This document shows, one piece after another, positions 30,387-42,359 of a DNA stretch of 64,000 nt. Below the pieces are notes generated by a model. It saw nothing but the letters and a program-made list of their open reading frames with translations. It was not told the DNA's origin and did not search any database. The stretch is from Subdoligranulum variabile (GTDB taxonomy: Bacteria; Bacillota; Clostridia; Oscillospirales; Ruminococcaceae). A program made the position numbers and the translations under genes. How positions within the stretch are numbered: the stretch's first letter is position 1; every line of letters begins with the position of its first letter. Location of the stretch: positions 48,144 through 112,143 of the forward strand of contig QAKI01000016.1 of NCBI GenBank assembly GCA_003343905.1, in the 5' to 3' direction.

Positions 30387-31430
30387 ATGTTTCGCGTACA
30401 TATTTATACCGGGTCGCTGGCGCTGGTGGGGCGCAGCGGCGTGGGGCAGGCCGCCAACCACCAGCTGCGCGCTCTGCGGGCGGCCGGGGCCCAGACAGTC
30501 ACCCGCTGGCAGCCGGCCGCCGACGTGATCCACCTGAACACCGTGCTGCCCTGTTCGCTGCTGGCCGCACGGCGGGCGCGGCGGCGGGGCGTGCCGGTGG
30601 TGTGGTTCGGCCATTCCACCGAGGCGGACTTCCGCCACTCCTTCGTGGGTTCCGACCTGCTGGCGCCGCTGTTCCGGCGCTGGATCTGCCACTGTTATAA
30701 TCAGGCCGACCTTGTGCTGACGCCCACGCCCTACTCGGCCCGCATCCTGCGCGGGTACGGGCTGCGCCCCCCGGTGCAGGCGCTTTCCAACGGGGTGGAC
30801 ACCGCCTTTTTCGCCCCCAGCGCGCCGCACGGGGCGGCTTTCCGGCAGAAATACGGCCTGACCGCCGCCGACCGCGTGGTGGTCAGCGCGGGGCATTACA
30901 TGCAGCGCAAGGGCATCCTGGATTTTATCGCGCTGGCGCGCAGTATGCCGCAGGTACGCTTTTTCTGGTTCGGCTACACGCCGCCGTCGCTGGTGCCGCG
31001 CCCGGTGCGCCGGGCCATGGCCGGGGCCCCGGCCAACCCGTGCTTCCCCGGCTATGTGAGCCAGGAGGAACTGCGCAACGCCTACTGCGGCGCGGACGCC
31101 TTCGTGTTTTGCAGCCATGAGGAGACCGAGGGCATCGTGGTGCTGGAAGCCCTTGCCTGCGGCGTCCCGGTGCTGCTGCGGGACATCCCGGTATATAACG
31201 ACTGGCTGCGCGACGGCGTGGAAGTCTACAAAGCCGCCGACACCGCCGCCCTGCGCATCAAACTGGCGGCCCTGCTGGCCGGGCGGCTGCCCGATGTGAC
31301 GGCCGCCGGGCGCGCCGTGGCCGAAGCCCGCGCCCTGCCGGTCATCGGGCGCGAACTGTGCCGCCTGTATGCCGGGCTGCCCGCGCCCCGCCGCCGGGGC
31401 GGCGTCCTTTTGCCCCGGCGCGCGCTGTGA
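30387..31430 (+). CDS. GT4 glycosyltransferase (diglycosyl-diacylglycerol synthase-like)
   Basis: SGVG.A..HQ, HSTEADF..SF, RKG, EETEGIVVLEA, RDIPVY. Confidence 0.88.
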   Translation: MFRVHIYTGSLALVGRSGVGQAANHQLRALRAAGAQTVTRWQPAADVIHLNTVLPCSLLAARRARRRGVPVVWFGHSTEADFRHSFVGSDLLAPLFRRWICHCYNQADLVLTPTPYSARILRGYGLRPPVQALSNGVDTAFFAPSAPHGAAFRQKYGLTAADRVVVSAGHYMQRKGILDFIALARSMPQVRFFWFGYTPPSLVPRPVRRAMAGAPANPCFPGYVSQEELRNAYCGADAFVFCSHEETEGIVVLEALACGVPVLLRDIPVYNDWLRDGVEVYKAADTAALRIKLAALLAGRLPDVTAAGRAVAEARALPVIGRELCRLYAGLPAPRRRGGVLLPRRAL

Positions 31431-31756
31431 ACCGCCGGTCACAATTTTTTAACGGGAACAGTACGGTTTGTTCAAAACTTTTTTATGCGGCGCACACATC
31501 TTGGCGCTATACTTCTTGATGTAAACAGCAGAACACGACACGGGCGGCGCCCGTACCATTTTTTCCCACTGTGCCCCGGGCCATGCGAGGGCGGATGCCC
31601 GGCCCGCGGCCAGACCACCAATAAGGCTTCGTGCCATTATATAGAAAGCGGCCCGCCCTGCGCTGTGCAGGACGGGCCGCATCGGTTTGTACAGGCAAAA
31701 CAGGCGCAGGGCCGCGCAAACGGCCCCGCGCCTGTTGGTTTTTTGGTATCGCACGC

Positions 31757-32167
31757 TTACCGGTGTTCCTGCCGCGTGGCGCTCAGGCGGGCCATGGCGC
31801 GGGCCAAAGCCGCCTTGCTGCGCAGATATTCCTGCCGGCTTTCGTGCTGGCGCAGGCGTTCCTCGGCGCGTTCCTTGGCGCGTTCGGCGCGGGCCGCGTC
31901 GATGTCCTCGGGCCGTTCGGCAGCCGAGACCAGCACCACGGCATAGTCCGACATGATCTCGGCAAAGCCCTGCATCACCACCAGTTCATGCCACTGGCCG
32001 TCGGCCTTGTAGCGGGTGGTGCCGGGTTCCACAGCGGTGACCACAGGCTCATGCCCGGGCTGCACGCCGTAGCTGCCGTCCACGGCCGGAAGGATCAGGC
32101 TTTCCACCTGGCCGGTAAAAACCTGCTTTTCCGGGGTGACGATCTCCAGCAAAAACGTGTTCGCCAT
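31757..32167 (-). CDS. atpC: ATP synthase F1 epsilon
   Basis: LEIVTPE, G..GV.PGH, ID..RA..A..RA. Confidence 0.95.
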   Translation of the reverse strand: MANTFLLEIVTPEKQVFTGQVESLILPAVDGSYGVQPGHEPVVTAVEPGTTRYKADGQWHELVVMQGFAEIMSDYAVVLVSAAERPEDIDAARAERAKERAEERLRQHESRQEYLRSKAALARAMARLSATRQEHR

Positions 32168-33802
<1,635 letters not shown>

Positions 33803-34693
33803 TTACTCCCAGTCGTCCCCTTCGCCCTGCGCACCGGCCACGATCTCGGTGATCTCCTGGGTGATGGCGGTCTGGCGGGCACGGTTGTATTCCAACTGCA
33901 GGCTTTTCAGCAGTTCGCGGGCGTTGTCGGTGGCGGTGTCCATCGCCATCATGCGAGCGTTCTGCTCCGAGCAGAAGGACTCCACCATGGTGCCCAGCAA
34001 AAGCCCCTTGAGGTAGCCGGGCACGATATGGTTGAGCACCCGCAAAGGCGAGGGCATATAGCTCACCTCGCGCCGCACGCCGCCGTCCGCGCGGGGGCGC
34101 GGCGTCCAGGGGAAGGCGTCGCGGTCCAGCGGCAGCAGCTTGATGATGCGGGGTTCCAGCGTCATGGAGGTGACCATTTCGGTATAAACCACATAGACCT
34201 CGTCAAGCCGCCCTTTGCGGAAATGCTCCACGAACAGCTCCGCGATCTCCCGCGCACGGTAGGCCGTGGGGTCCTGCGCCGTGTACATGAATTCCACGTC
34301 GATGGGCACGCCCTTATGGCGGAAGTAGCTGCGCCCCACCTGCCCGATCAGGAACAGGGTGGTCTTGTCGAACTGCTTCATATGCTCTTCGGCCAGGCGC
34401 AGTACGTTGTGGTTGTAGGCGCCCGCCAGGCCCTTGTCGCCGGTGATGATGATATAGCCGACGTTGTGGGGCTTGCCGGGGCGGCGGTCAAAGTAGACGT
34501 GGTCCACATCCTCGGTCCTGTGCAGGATATCCGAGATGGTCTGCTTGGTCTTGGTGAAATAGGGCTGGATGTTCGTGAGCTGCTGGCGCGCCTTGCGCAG
34601 CTTGGAGGAAGAGATCAGGTACATCGCGTTGGTGATCTTCAGCGTCTGCTGGACGCTTTCGATGTGGGTGCGGATCTCCTTTATGCTTTCCAT
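33803..34693 (-). CDS. atpG: ATP synthase F1 gamma
   Basis: [42 protein letters not shown]. Confidence 0.97.
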   Translation of the reverse strand: MESIKEIRTHIESVQQTLKITNAMYLISSSKLRKARQQLTNIQPYFTKTKQTISDILHRTEDVDHVYFDRRPGKPHNVGYIIITGDKGLAGAYNHNVLRLAEEHMKQFDKTTLFLIGQVGRSYFRHKGVPIDVEFMYTAQDPTAYRAREIAELFVEHFRKGRLDEVYVVYTEMVTSMTLEPRIIKLLPLDRDAFPWTPRPRADGGVRREVSYMPSPLRVLNHIVPGYLKGLLLGTMVESFCSEQNARMMAMDTATDNARELLKSLQLEYNRARQTAITQEITEIVAGAQGEGDDWE

Positions 34694-36720
34694 TGGGCGC
34701 TCACCTGCTTTTTATAGCCGTCCAGCGTGGTGCGGATCTGTTCGGTGGCCGTGCCGGACAAAGCCCCGGTCTCGTCGATCTCCGCGATCAGCGCGGGCTG
34801 TTCCCGTTCCAGCAGGTCCACAAAGGCATTGGCAAAGGCGTTCACTTCCTCCACCGGCACGTCGGCCAGCAGGCCGTTGGTGGCGATGTAGAGGATCACC
34901 GCCTGGCGACTGACCGCCATGGGCGTGCAGCGGGGCTGGCGCAGCAGCGCCATCATCCGCTTGCCGTGGTCCAGCGCCTTGCGGGTCTCGGGGTCCAGGT
35001 CGGAACTGAACTGGGTGAACACTTCCAGTTCGCGGTAGCGGGCCAGGTCGATACGCAGCGTGCCCGCGGTCTTTTTGATGGCGCGGGTCTGGGCTGCGCC
35101 GCCCACACGGGACACCGACAGGCCGACGTTGACCGCCGGGCGCTGGCCGGAATGGAACAGGCCGGTCTCCAGATAGATCTGGCCGTCGGTGATGGAAATG
35201 ACGTTCGTGGGGATGTAGGCCGAAACGTCGCCGGCCTGGGTCTCTACGATGGGCAGCGCCGTCATGGAACCGCCGCCGTATTCCTTGGTCAGGCGGCAGG
35301 CGCGCTCCAGCAGGCGGCTGTGCAGATAGAACACGTCGCCGGGGTAGGCTTCACGTCCGGGGCTGCGGCGCAGCAGCAGGGACAGGGTACGGTAGGCCAC
35401 CGCATGCTTGGAAAGGTCGTCGTAGACGATCAGCACGTCCTTGCCGTGGGCCATGAAATACTCGCCCATGGCCGCGCCCGCATAGGGGGCGATATACTGC
35501 ATGGGCGCGCCCTCGGCGGCAGTCGCCGAAACGATGATGGTGTACGCCATCGCGCCGTACTGCTTGAAGGTCTCCCGCAGGCGGGCCACGGTGGATTCCT
35601 TCTGGCCGATGGCCACGTAGATGCAGATCATATCCTGCCCCTTCTGGTTCAGGATCGCATCCACGGCGATGGCGGTCTTGCCGGTCTGGCGGTCGCCGAT
35701 GATCAGTTCGCGCTGGCCGCGGCCGATGGGCACCATGGCGTCGATGGCCAGGATGCCGGTCTGCATGGGCTGGTTGACGGGTTCGCGGCTGATGACGCCG
35801 GAGGCTTCATGTTCGATGGGATAACGCTCGGTGGTCTCGATGGCCCCCAGGCCGTCGATGGGCTGGCCCAGCACGTTGACCGTTCGGCCGATCAGGGCGT
35901 CGCCCACCGGCACGTCGGCCGGGCGGCCGGTGCGGCGGCAGATGCCGCCTTCGCTCAGGCCCTCCTGGCTGCCCAGCAGAATGATGCCGACGCGGTCGCG
36001 GCGCAGGTCCAGCACGATGCCGGAGGTGCCGTTCTCGAACTCCACCAGTTCGCCGTAGACCGCATGACGCAGGCCGCTGACGTTGACGATGCCGTCGCCC
36101 ACCTCGATGATGCGGCCGGTCTCGACGGCGTCCACATCGTCGTTCTTCTCGGCGATGGCCGCCCGCATCTGGTCGGCCAGCTGGCTCATATCGCCGGAAT
36201 CCGGCGCTTCGCGCATGCCGCGCGCCAGACGGTCCAGGCGGCCCTTGACGCTGCGGTCATAGGTCACGCCCTCCACGTCCAGCACGAAACCGCCCAGGAT
36301 GGACGGGTCGATCTCGATATCCAGCACGGCGTTCTTGGCGCCGCGCAGCTTGCAGACAGCCTGGCGGATGGCTTCCTGGGTGGCTTCGTCGGGCTGGCGG
36401 GCGCAGGTGACTTTGCACTCCACGCCGCCCTCGGCGGCCAGCGCCAGGCGGGAATATTCCGCCAGAACGGCGGGCAGTTCCGCCATGGCGTCCGCTTCGG
36501 CCATCAGGCCCAGGAAGGCTTTGAGGGCGTCCTGGCCGTCCAGTTCGGCGGCGCCTGCAATGAGCTGTTTCTTCTCGGTCAGGCTGACGGTGGCGCCCTG
36601 CAGGGCGTTCCACAGGGTCTTGTTCTGCATCAGGGCGTCGGCGGCGGCGCGGACGGCTTTCGCGTCATGCCCGGCAGCCCCGAACAGGGCCGCCGCGTAA
36701 CGCCGGGTCGTTTCGCTCAT
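34681..36720 (-). CDS. atpHA: Fused ATP synthase delta (aa ~1-177) and alpha (from Met at 36189) subunit
   Basis: The N-terminus has delta motifs [22 protein letters not shown] and continues without a stop into alpha motifs [33 protein letters not shown]. Confidence 0.9.
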   Translation of the reverse strand: MSETTRRYAAALFGAAGHDAKAVRAAADALMQNKTLWNALQGATVSLTEKKQLIAGAAELDGQDALKAFLGLMAEADAMAELPAVLAEYSRLALAAEGGVECKVTCARQPDEATQEAIRQAVCKLRGAKNAVLDIEIDPSILGGFVLDVEGVTYDRSVKGRLDRLARGMREAPDSGDMSQLADQMRAAIAEKNDDVDAVETGRIIEVGDGIVNVSGLRHAVYGELVEFENGTSGIVLDLRRDRVGIILLGSQEGLSEGGICRRTGRPADVPVGDALIGRTVNVLGQPIDGLGAIETTERYPIEHEASGVISREPVNQPMQTGILAIDAMVPIGRGQRELIIGDRQTGKTAIAVDAILNQKGQDMICIYVAIGQKESTVARLRETFKQYGAMAYTIIVSATAAEGAPMQYIAPYAGAAMGEYFMAHGKDVLIVYDDLSKHAVAYRTLSLLLRRSPGREAYPGDVFYLHSRLLERACRLTKEYGGGSMTALPIVETQAGDVSAYIPTNVISITDGQIYLETGLFHSGQRPAVNVGLSVSRVGGAAQTRAIKKTAGTLRIDLARYRELEVFTQFSSDLDPETRKALDHGKRMMALLRQPRCTPMAVSRQAVILYIATNGLLADVPVEEVNAFANAFVDLLEREQPALIAEIDETGALSGTATEQIRTTLDGYKKQVSAQWKA

Positions 36721-37205
36721 TTCGCTTCACCCACCTTCTCGAGAAATTCCTCGGCCAGCGCACGGTCAGAGTCGGTATCCAGCCGCTTGCCCGCCACCTC
36801 GGTGGCGGCCAGCACGGCCAGTTTGGCGACTTCGGCCCGGGCGGAGCGCAGCATCTCGCTGCGTTCGGCAGCCACGCGGTTCTCGGCCTCGGCCGTGATC
36901 TGCTTGGCGTCTTCTTCGGCTTCCGCCATACGGGCGGCGTACGCCTGGTCGGCGCGCTGCTTGGCGCCGGCCACCAACTGGGCGGCTTCCTCACGGGCGC
37001 CGGCCAGCTTGTCTTCATATTCCTTCTGCATCTCGCGGGCCTTGGCGTTGTTCTCCTCGGCCTCGGTGATCTGCTTCTGGATCATCTGCTGGCGCTGTTC
37101 CAGCACGGCGTTGACCCGGCCGAACAGGAACTTGCGGAAAAAGAAGTACAGGATCAGCAGATTGATAATGGTAAAAATAATGGTTGAGGGCTGGAAGTCC
37201 AGCAT
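36717..37205 (-). CDS. atpF: ATP synthase Fo b
   Basis: N-terminal TM '[10 protein letters not shown]', then a long charged helix; AGGAGG RBS. Confidence 0.93.
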   Translation of the reverse strand: MLDFQPSTIIFTIINLLILYFFFRKFLFGRVNAVLEQRQQMIQKQITEAEENNAKAREMQKEYEDKLAGAREEAAQLVAGAKQRADQAYAARMAEAEEDAKQITAEAENRVAAERSEMLRSARAEVAKLAVLAATEVAGKRLDTDSDRALAEEFLEKVGEAK

Positions 37206-37294
37206 CCTGCACACCTCCTTGACAGTCTGCCTGCCCGCGGGCAGGAATGTGAAACGGATCGACGGCCCCGGTCAAAAGGGCCCGCACGCCGTTC

Positions 37295-37513
37295 TCAGGC
37301 TGCGAAGATGAGGATCAGCGCGGTGATGAAGCCGAAGATGGCAGTACCTTCTGCCATGGCGCAGCCCAGCAGCAGCGCGCTGTTGATCTTGCCGGAAGCC
37401 TCCGGCTGACGGGCGATCGCATCGCTGGCATGCGCGGTGGCGATGCCGATGCCGACACCGGCGCCAATGCCGGTGAAAACTGCGAGACCTGCTGCAATGA
37501 TTCCGATATCCAT
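37295..37513 (-). CDS. atpE: ATP synthase Fo c
   Basis: GxGxGxG, loop ARQPE, ion-binding Glu in AMAEGT. Confidence 0.96.
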   Translation of the reverse strand: MDIGIIAAGLAVFTGIGAGVGIGIATAHASDAIARQPEASGKINSALLLGCAMAEGTAIFGFITALILIFAA

Positions 37514-37604
37514 AGTAAATTTCCTCCTGTAAAATGATAGTTGGTCGATATTATTATAAGGTGTTTATTTCAGACGGCGGCAGGCGCCGGGCTTGGGGGG
37601 CGTG

Positions 37605-38612
37605 TTACTCCTCCTCCTGGATGCCTTCGCCGGTGAACAGTGCGGTCAGGAACACGAACACGATGGTCTGGATGATCCCGTCGAACAAATCGAAGTAGAC
37701 GCAAAAAGCGGCCGGGATCACGGCGGGCACCAGGTATTTGATCATCTCCATGATGATAAAGGCGCCCAGAATGTTGCCGAAAAGTCGCATACACAGCGCC
37801 AGGGGCCGGACGGCGACTTCCATAAGGTTGATCGGCGTGAGCAGCCACATCGGCTCAGCAAAGCGTTTGATGCCGCCCCGCAGGCCGCGGAAGCGGAACT
37901 GCGCGCCGTAGATCAGCAGCATGCTCATCACGGCCAGCGAAGCGGTCACGCTCACGTCCTTGGTGGGCGAAGTCAGCCCGAAGATGCCGATGATGTTCGC
38001 GGAGCCGATATACAGCGCCACCGTGCCCAGGTAGGGCGCGAAGGACCGCCAGTGGCGGCCGATGGACTGCTTGACGAACCCGTTGAGGAACCCAACGGCG
38101 GCTTCCAGCGCGGCCTGCACCTTGCCGGGATTTTCCACTTTAAGGTTCCGCGTCAGGATCAGCGTCAGGATCATCCAGAACGCCATGATGATCCAGGTGA
38201 CCACCACCGAGGACCCGATGGGGATGCCGCCCAGGACCGGGATGGTAAAGACGGTCTCGTTCGTCAGGGCTTCGGTCAGGCTTTCCTTGAAGCCTTCCAT
38301 GTTGGGGGTCTGGGGGTTCAGCATATTGGCGCCCACCGTGACCACGATGACCGCCGCAATGATGCCGACCACCGTGGCGACGCGCTTCCAACTGTGCGCC
38401 ACCTTCTGCCGGACGCCCCGGCCGAACCGCGTCAGCCCGCAGACGATAGCCTCCGCGGCAAGCTGCGGTTTACCGGGGTCGCGCACCCGCAGGTTCGCCG
38501 TCATCAACAAAGTGGCGACGATGCAGACCGCCATGATCCCCCAGACCGTTGCGGCCAGCCCCGTGGGGATCATGCCGCCCGGGCCGATCAGGACCCAATC
38601 TGCCTTCTCCAA
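37605..38612 (-). CDS. atpB: ATP synthase Fo a with N-terminal extension
   Basis: SPTKD, LCMRLFGNI (essential Arg), IQTIVF..LT. Probable TTG start at 38612 after GAGGTGAGG; an alternative ATG is at 38636. Confidence 0.9.
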   Translation of the reverse strand: MEKADWVLIGPGGMIPTGLAATVWGIMAVCIVATLLMTANLRVRDPGKPQLAAEAIVCGLTRFGRGVRQKVAHSWKRVATVVGIIAAVIVVTVGANMLNPQTPNMEGFKESLTEALTNETVFTIPVLGGIPIGSSVVVTWIIMAFWMILTLILTRNLKVENPGKVQAALEAAVGFLNGFVKQSIGRHWRSFAPYLGTVALYIGSANIIGIFGLTSPTKDVSVTASLAVMSMLLIYGAQFRFRGLRGGIKRFAEPMWLLTPINLMEVAVRPLALCMRLFGNILGAFIIMEMIKYLVPAVIPAAFCVYFDLFDGIIQTIVFVFLTALFTGEGIQEEE

Positions 38613-38816
38613 AATTTCCTCACCTCGTTTCTGCATCAGTATTGTACGGCGGCGGGCCGGGTATGGTAAGCCTTACGAAAATAAAAAAAAGCAAACCGTG
38701 CAAATGCACGCAATTCTTCCGCGAACCGCGCAGAAACTTTGTGCAAGATTGACGATTGTGCAGGAAGGTGGTATCATAACCCAAGAAACGCGCGCCGCGC
38801 CGGAAGGAGGCCCCCC

Positions 38817-40448
38817 ATGGAAAAAAAGACGCCCGGGCAGACCATTTACAGCCGCATCCACCGTGTATCGGTGCGGGGCATCCTGCTGGCGATGGCGCTT
38901 GCCACCGGCGCGGGGCTGGCCCTGAGCCTTGTGCAGGAATGGCGCATGCGCGACCACGCCCTGACGGCAGCCGTGCAGGCAGTGGCCCATGCGCTGACCG
39001 CGGTGGCGGACAGCGCCCCCGGCCGGACCGGCGAATACCTGGACAGCACCGTGCAGGGGCTGACGGGCATCGACCTGTTCGCGCTGTACGACGCCGACGG
39101 CCAGCCGCTTTATTTTTATGACACCGAGAGCGGCGCCGGGGACCCGGCGGCCCTGGAACCGCTGGACGGGGCGTTGCGCGGCCAGATGACCGGCGGCACC
39201 GCCCCCCTGCTGAGCGACGCGGCCGCCCCCCTGGGCGCCGACCACTGCGCCTATGCCGCCGTGTACCGCACCGACGGCAGCGTGGGGGGCTATGTGATGG
39301 CGGGGCTGTACCTGCGGTCCATCCGCAACACGGCGCTGCACACGCTGGGGGTGTATCTGCTCATCGGCATCACGGCGCTGGGCGTCGGCTCCTTCTGGAG
39401 CATGCGGCTGGCCCAGCGCATCAAGAGCGACCTGCTGGGCTATGAGCCGGACGCCTTCCGCGACCTGTTCCTGCGGCGCATGGAACTGCTGGACGCCCTG
39501 GACGAAGGGTTGCTGGCCGTTGACCGCGACCACCGGGTGATCTACCTGAACTGGGCCGCGGCGGAACTGCTCTCGCTGGACAAGGACGCTTCGATGGGCC
39601 AGCCTTTGGAACAGGTGCGCCCCCAGTCCAGCATCTGCCGGGTGCTGCGCACCGGCCAGGCCGAATACAACATCAGCGTGCAGACCCAGCGCACCGGCAT
39701 CCGCGTGCTGTCCGACCGGATGCCCGTGTGGCGCGACGGCGAGATCGTGGGCGCGGTAGCCACCTTCCGCAACCGTTCCGAGGTAGCCGAACTGGCCCGC
39801 GAACTGACCGGCGTGCAGCACATCGTCGAGGCGATGCGCGCCTACACCCACGAGTTCATGAACAAGCTGCATGTGATCCTGGGGCTTTTGCAGTTGGGCG
39901 AATACCACCGCGCCGAGGAATACGTGCTGCAGCTCACCCAGACGCGGGCGCTGCCGGTGCGGCACATTTCCCAGTGCATCGCGGAACCGTCGGTGGCGGC
40001 GCTGCTCATCGGCAAAAGCTGCCGCGCGGCCGAACTGGGCATCCGCCTGGACCTGGACCCCGAAAGCCGCCTGACCGCCGATTCCCACTACCTGCCCGCC
40101 GCGGGCATGATCACCATACTGGGCAACCTGATCGAAAACGCCTTTGATGCGTTCAGCAACGTCCACACCGATTCGCTGCATGAGGTGGATGTCTCGGTGC
40201 GGGAGAGCGAACAGGGCCTTATTTTAAGTGTGGACGACAACGCCTGCGGTATGCCGGAAGCGGTGCGCACGCACATTTTTGAGCGGGGCATCACCTCCAA
40301 GGGCGCGGGCCACAGCACGGGGCTGTTCTTAGTCAAAAACGTGGTGGACGCCTACGGGGGCGAGATCCGCGTAGAATCCACCCAAGGGGTGGGCAGTTCC
40401 TTTATCATCACCTTCCGCCCGGTCCCGACGGAAGAACAGGGAGAGTGA
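38817..40448 (+). CDS. CitA/DcuS-family sensor histidine kinase with PAS domain
   Basis: LLGYEP, RAYTHEFMNKLHVILGL, ILGNLIENAFDA, G.TSKG. Confidence 0.93.
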   Translation: MEKKTPGQTIYSRIHRVSVRGILLAMALATGAGLALSLVQEWRMRDHALTAAVQAVAHALTAVADSAPGRTGEYLDSTVQGLTGIDLFALYDADGQPLYFYDTESGAGDPAALEPLDGALRGQMTGGTAPLLSDAAAPLGADHCAYAAVYRTDGSVGGYVMAGLYLRSIRNTALHTLGVYLLIGITALGVGSFWSMRLAQRIKSDLLGYEPDAFRDLFLRRMELLDALDEGLLAVDRDHRVIYLNWAAAELLSLDKDASMGQPLEQVRPQSSICRVLRTGQAEYNISVQTQRTGIRVLSDRMPVWRDGEIVGAVATFRNRSEVAELARELTGVQHIVEAMRAYTHEFMNKLHVILGLLQLGEYHRAEEYVLQLTQTRALPVRHISQCIAEPSVAALLIGKSCRAAELGIRLDLDPESRLTADSHYLPAAGMITILGNLIENAFDAFSNVHTDSLHEVDVSVRESEQGLILSVDDNACGMPEAVRTHIFERGITSKGAGHSTGLFLVKNVVDAYGGEIRVESTQGVGSSFIITFRPVPTEEQGE

Positions 40449-40456
40449 GGAAAAGT

Positions 40457-41122
40457 ATGTACACCGTTATCATTGTGGAAGACGATCCCATGATCACCGA
40501 ACTGAACCGCCGCTATGCCGAGCGGGACGGCCGCTTTACAGTGGCCCAGACCTTCAGCCAGCCGCGCCGGGCGCTGGACTGGCTGCGGCACAACCCCGCC
40601 GACCTTGTGATCCTGGATTTTTACATGCCCCAGATGAACGGGCTGGAATTTTTGCAGTCCGTGCGGGCGGCGGGCATCGCGGCGGACGTCATCATGATCA
40701 CCGCCGCCAACGACGCCGCCACCGTCGAAGCCCTGACCCGGCTGGGCGTGGTGGATTATCTGGTCAAGCCCTTCGCCTATGAGCGGTTCTGCCGCGCGCT
40801 GGACGCCTTCTGCCACCGGCGCAGCGCCATGCGCGGCAGCCTGGACCAGAGCGCCCTGGACAGCCTGCTGCACACGGCGCCCCCGGCCGTGCCCGCCCTG
40901 CCCAAAGGCATGCAGCCCCAGACGCTGGAGCGGGTGCTGGCCTGTATGCGCGCCGACCCCGGCCATGCCTTTACCTGCGAGGAGATCGCCGCGGCCGCCG
41001 GGCTTTCGGTGGTGACGGTGCGGCGGTACATGGGGCACCTGGCCCAGCAGGGCCAGGTCAGCGGGGACATGAACTACGGCACCGGCGGGCGGCCCTGCCT
41101 GGTGTACCGGCTGCGGGGGTGA
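40457..41122 (+). CDS. CitB/DcuR-family response regulator
   Basis: IVEDDPMI, LDFYMP, DYLVKPF, 'VTVRRYM', 'YGTGGRP'. Confidence 0.93.
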   Translation: MYTVIIVEDDPMITELNRRYAERDGRFTVAQTFSQPRRALDWLRHNPADLVILDFYMPQMNGLEFLQSVRAAGIAADVIMITAANDAATVEALTRLGVVDYLVKPFAYERFCRALDAFCHRRSAMRGSLDQSALDSLLHTAPPAVPALPKGMQPQTLERVLACMRADPGHAFTCEEIAAAAGLSVVTVRRYMGHLAQQGQVSGDMNYGTGGRPCLVYRLRG

Positions 41123-41388
41123 ATTTTCCGCATCCCGGACGGACAAGGCTTTACTGCCCCCGTTCTCTGTAAGAACGGGGCGGCGGGACGCCATTTATTG
41201 TATAGGCAGGCATGAGGGAAGCGCCTTCATCCACCTTCTGATGCTTGTCCTTTTGATTGCCAACACGGAAGCCCAGGAATGGCGCATGGTAAACACCGAT
41301 GACCGGTAGTATGACCTATATACAATAAAATACATAGAAAAGCCGCAAGTGAATTTGTCAGAGACAATGGATGGCGGGAGCTTTGTAT

Positions 41389-42063
41389 ATGAATAATACT
41401 CATGAAAGTGGCCGCAGGATAATGGCGCTTCTTATGGGAATATTGGTCGTGTTCCCATTGACTGGCTGCGATCCGACAGCATCCAAGAAACCCTATAACT
41501 TTCCAGGCTCGATTTGGGTGTGTGATGAAGCGAGAGCGTGCATTGCGGTAATAGATCAGGAAAATTTTGGATATTCCTATGGGGAAGTTCAAACGGATGC
41601 AGGAATTATTCCCGTAACGATCATTTACAGTAGAGCAAATCGTGGGAGATTCCGTGATTTTTACGAAGCGAATTCACTAGACACGATTTATTCAAAAAAG
41701 ACCGGGCCGGTAGAGTATTTGTGGAAAGGAACCATCGAGTACCACACAAACAGGTTTATACTAAAAGAAGCGAACGAAGACGGGGTATATATCCTGTTCC
41801 CCGATGAGGACCTGCCGCTGACGTTTTGGCGGTATGACCTGCCGGAAGAAGAACTGCTGGAACTGGTCCCCTGGGATGCCGAAGCGAACCTGAAAGAAGG
41901 CTTTGAACCCGGCAAATTGTGGGAACTGGCGCAAAAAACGCTGGAAGAACACCCACCCAAAAAGAAAATCATCTGGTTTGACTTTGACCTGTCGGATTTC
42001 TGGCCTGATCCTTTCGGCGTATCGGACAAGAAGGCAGCGGTCCCGGAATCGGACGCTTCCTGA
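41389..42063 (+). CDS. Hypothetical lipoprotein (AT-rich)
   Basis: Signal peptide with lipobox LTGC; lower GC than the flanks. Confidence 0.65.
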   Translation: MNNTHESGRRIMALLMGILVVFPLTGCDPTASKKPYNFPGSIWVCDEARACIAVIDQENFGYSYGEVQTDAGIIPVTIIYSRANRGRFRDFYEANSLDTIYSKKTGPVEYLWKGTIEYHTNRFILKEANEDGVYILFPDEDLPLTFWRYDLPEEELLELVPWDAEANLKEGFEPGKLWELAQKTLEEHPPKKKIIWFDFDLSDFWPDPFGVSDKKAAVPESDAS

Positions 42064-42157
42064 CCCCACAACAACGCGTTTATGCACGCGGCTCTATTAT
42101 TTCTCACACAAACCTATAAGCATTTCTGATTAAGCACCACGTCAACCTCCTTATCCG

Positions 42158-42205
42158 CCAGCCGCCGGTCTCCCCGAATGGGGGACCGGCGGCTGGTCTT
42201 TTTGT
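42158..42205 (+). terminator. Intrinsic terminator
   Basis: ccagccgccggtc...gaccggcggctgg followed by a T-run. Confidence 0.75.
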
Positions 42206-42359
42206 TTGGATTTTTGTGTCATAAATTGATTTTTTTCGTTGCGGAATAAGTCGAAAAATGATATAATAAAGAAAATAAGCAAAATACATGCGCGCATATC
42301 AAAATAAAATATACTCATGTGTGGAGAAGCCGCTAAACAACAAAAGGAGGGAGTCCGTA

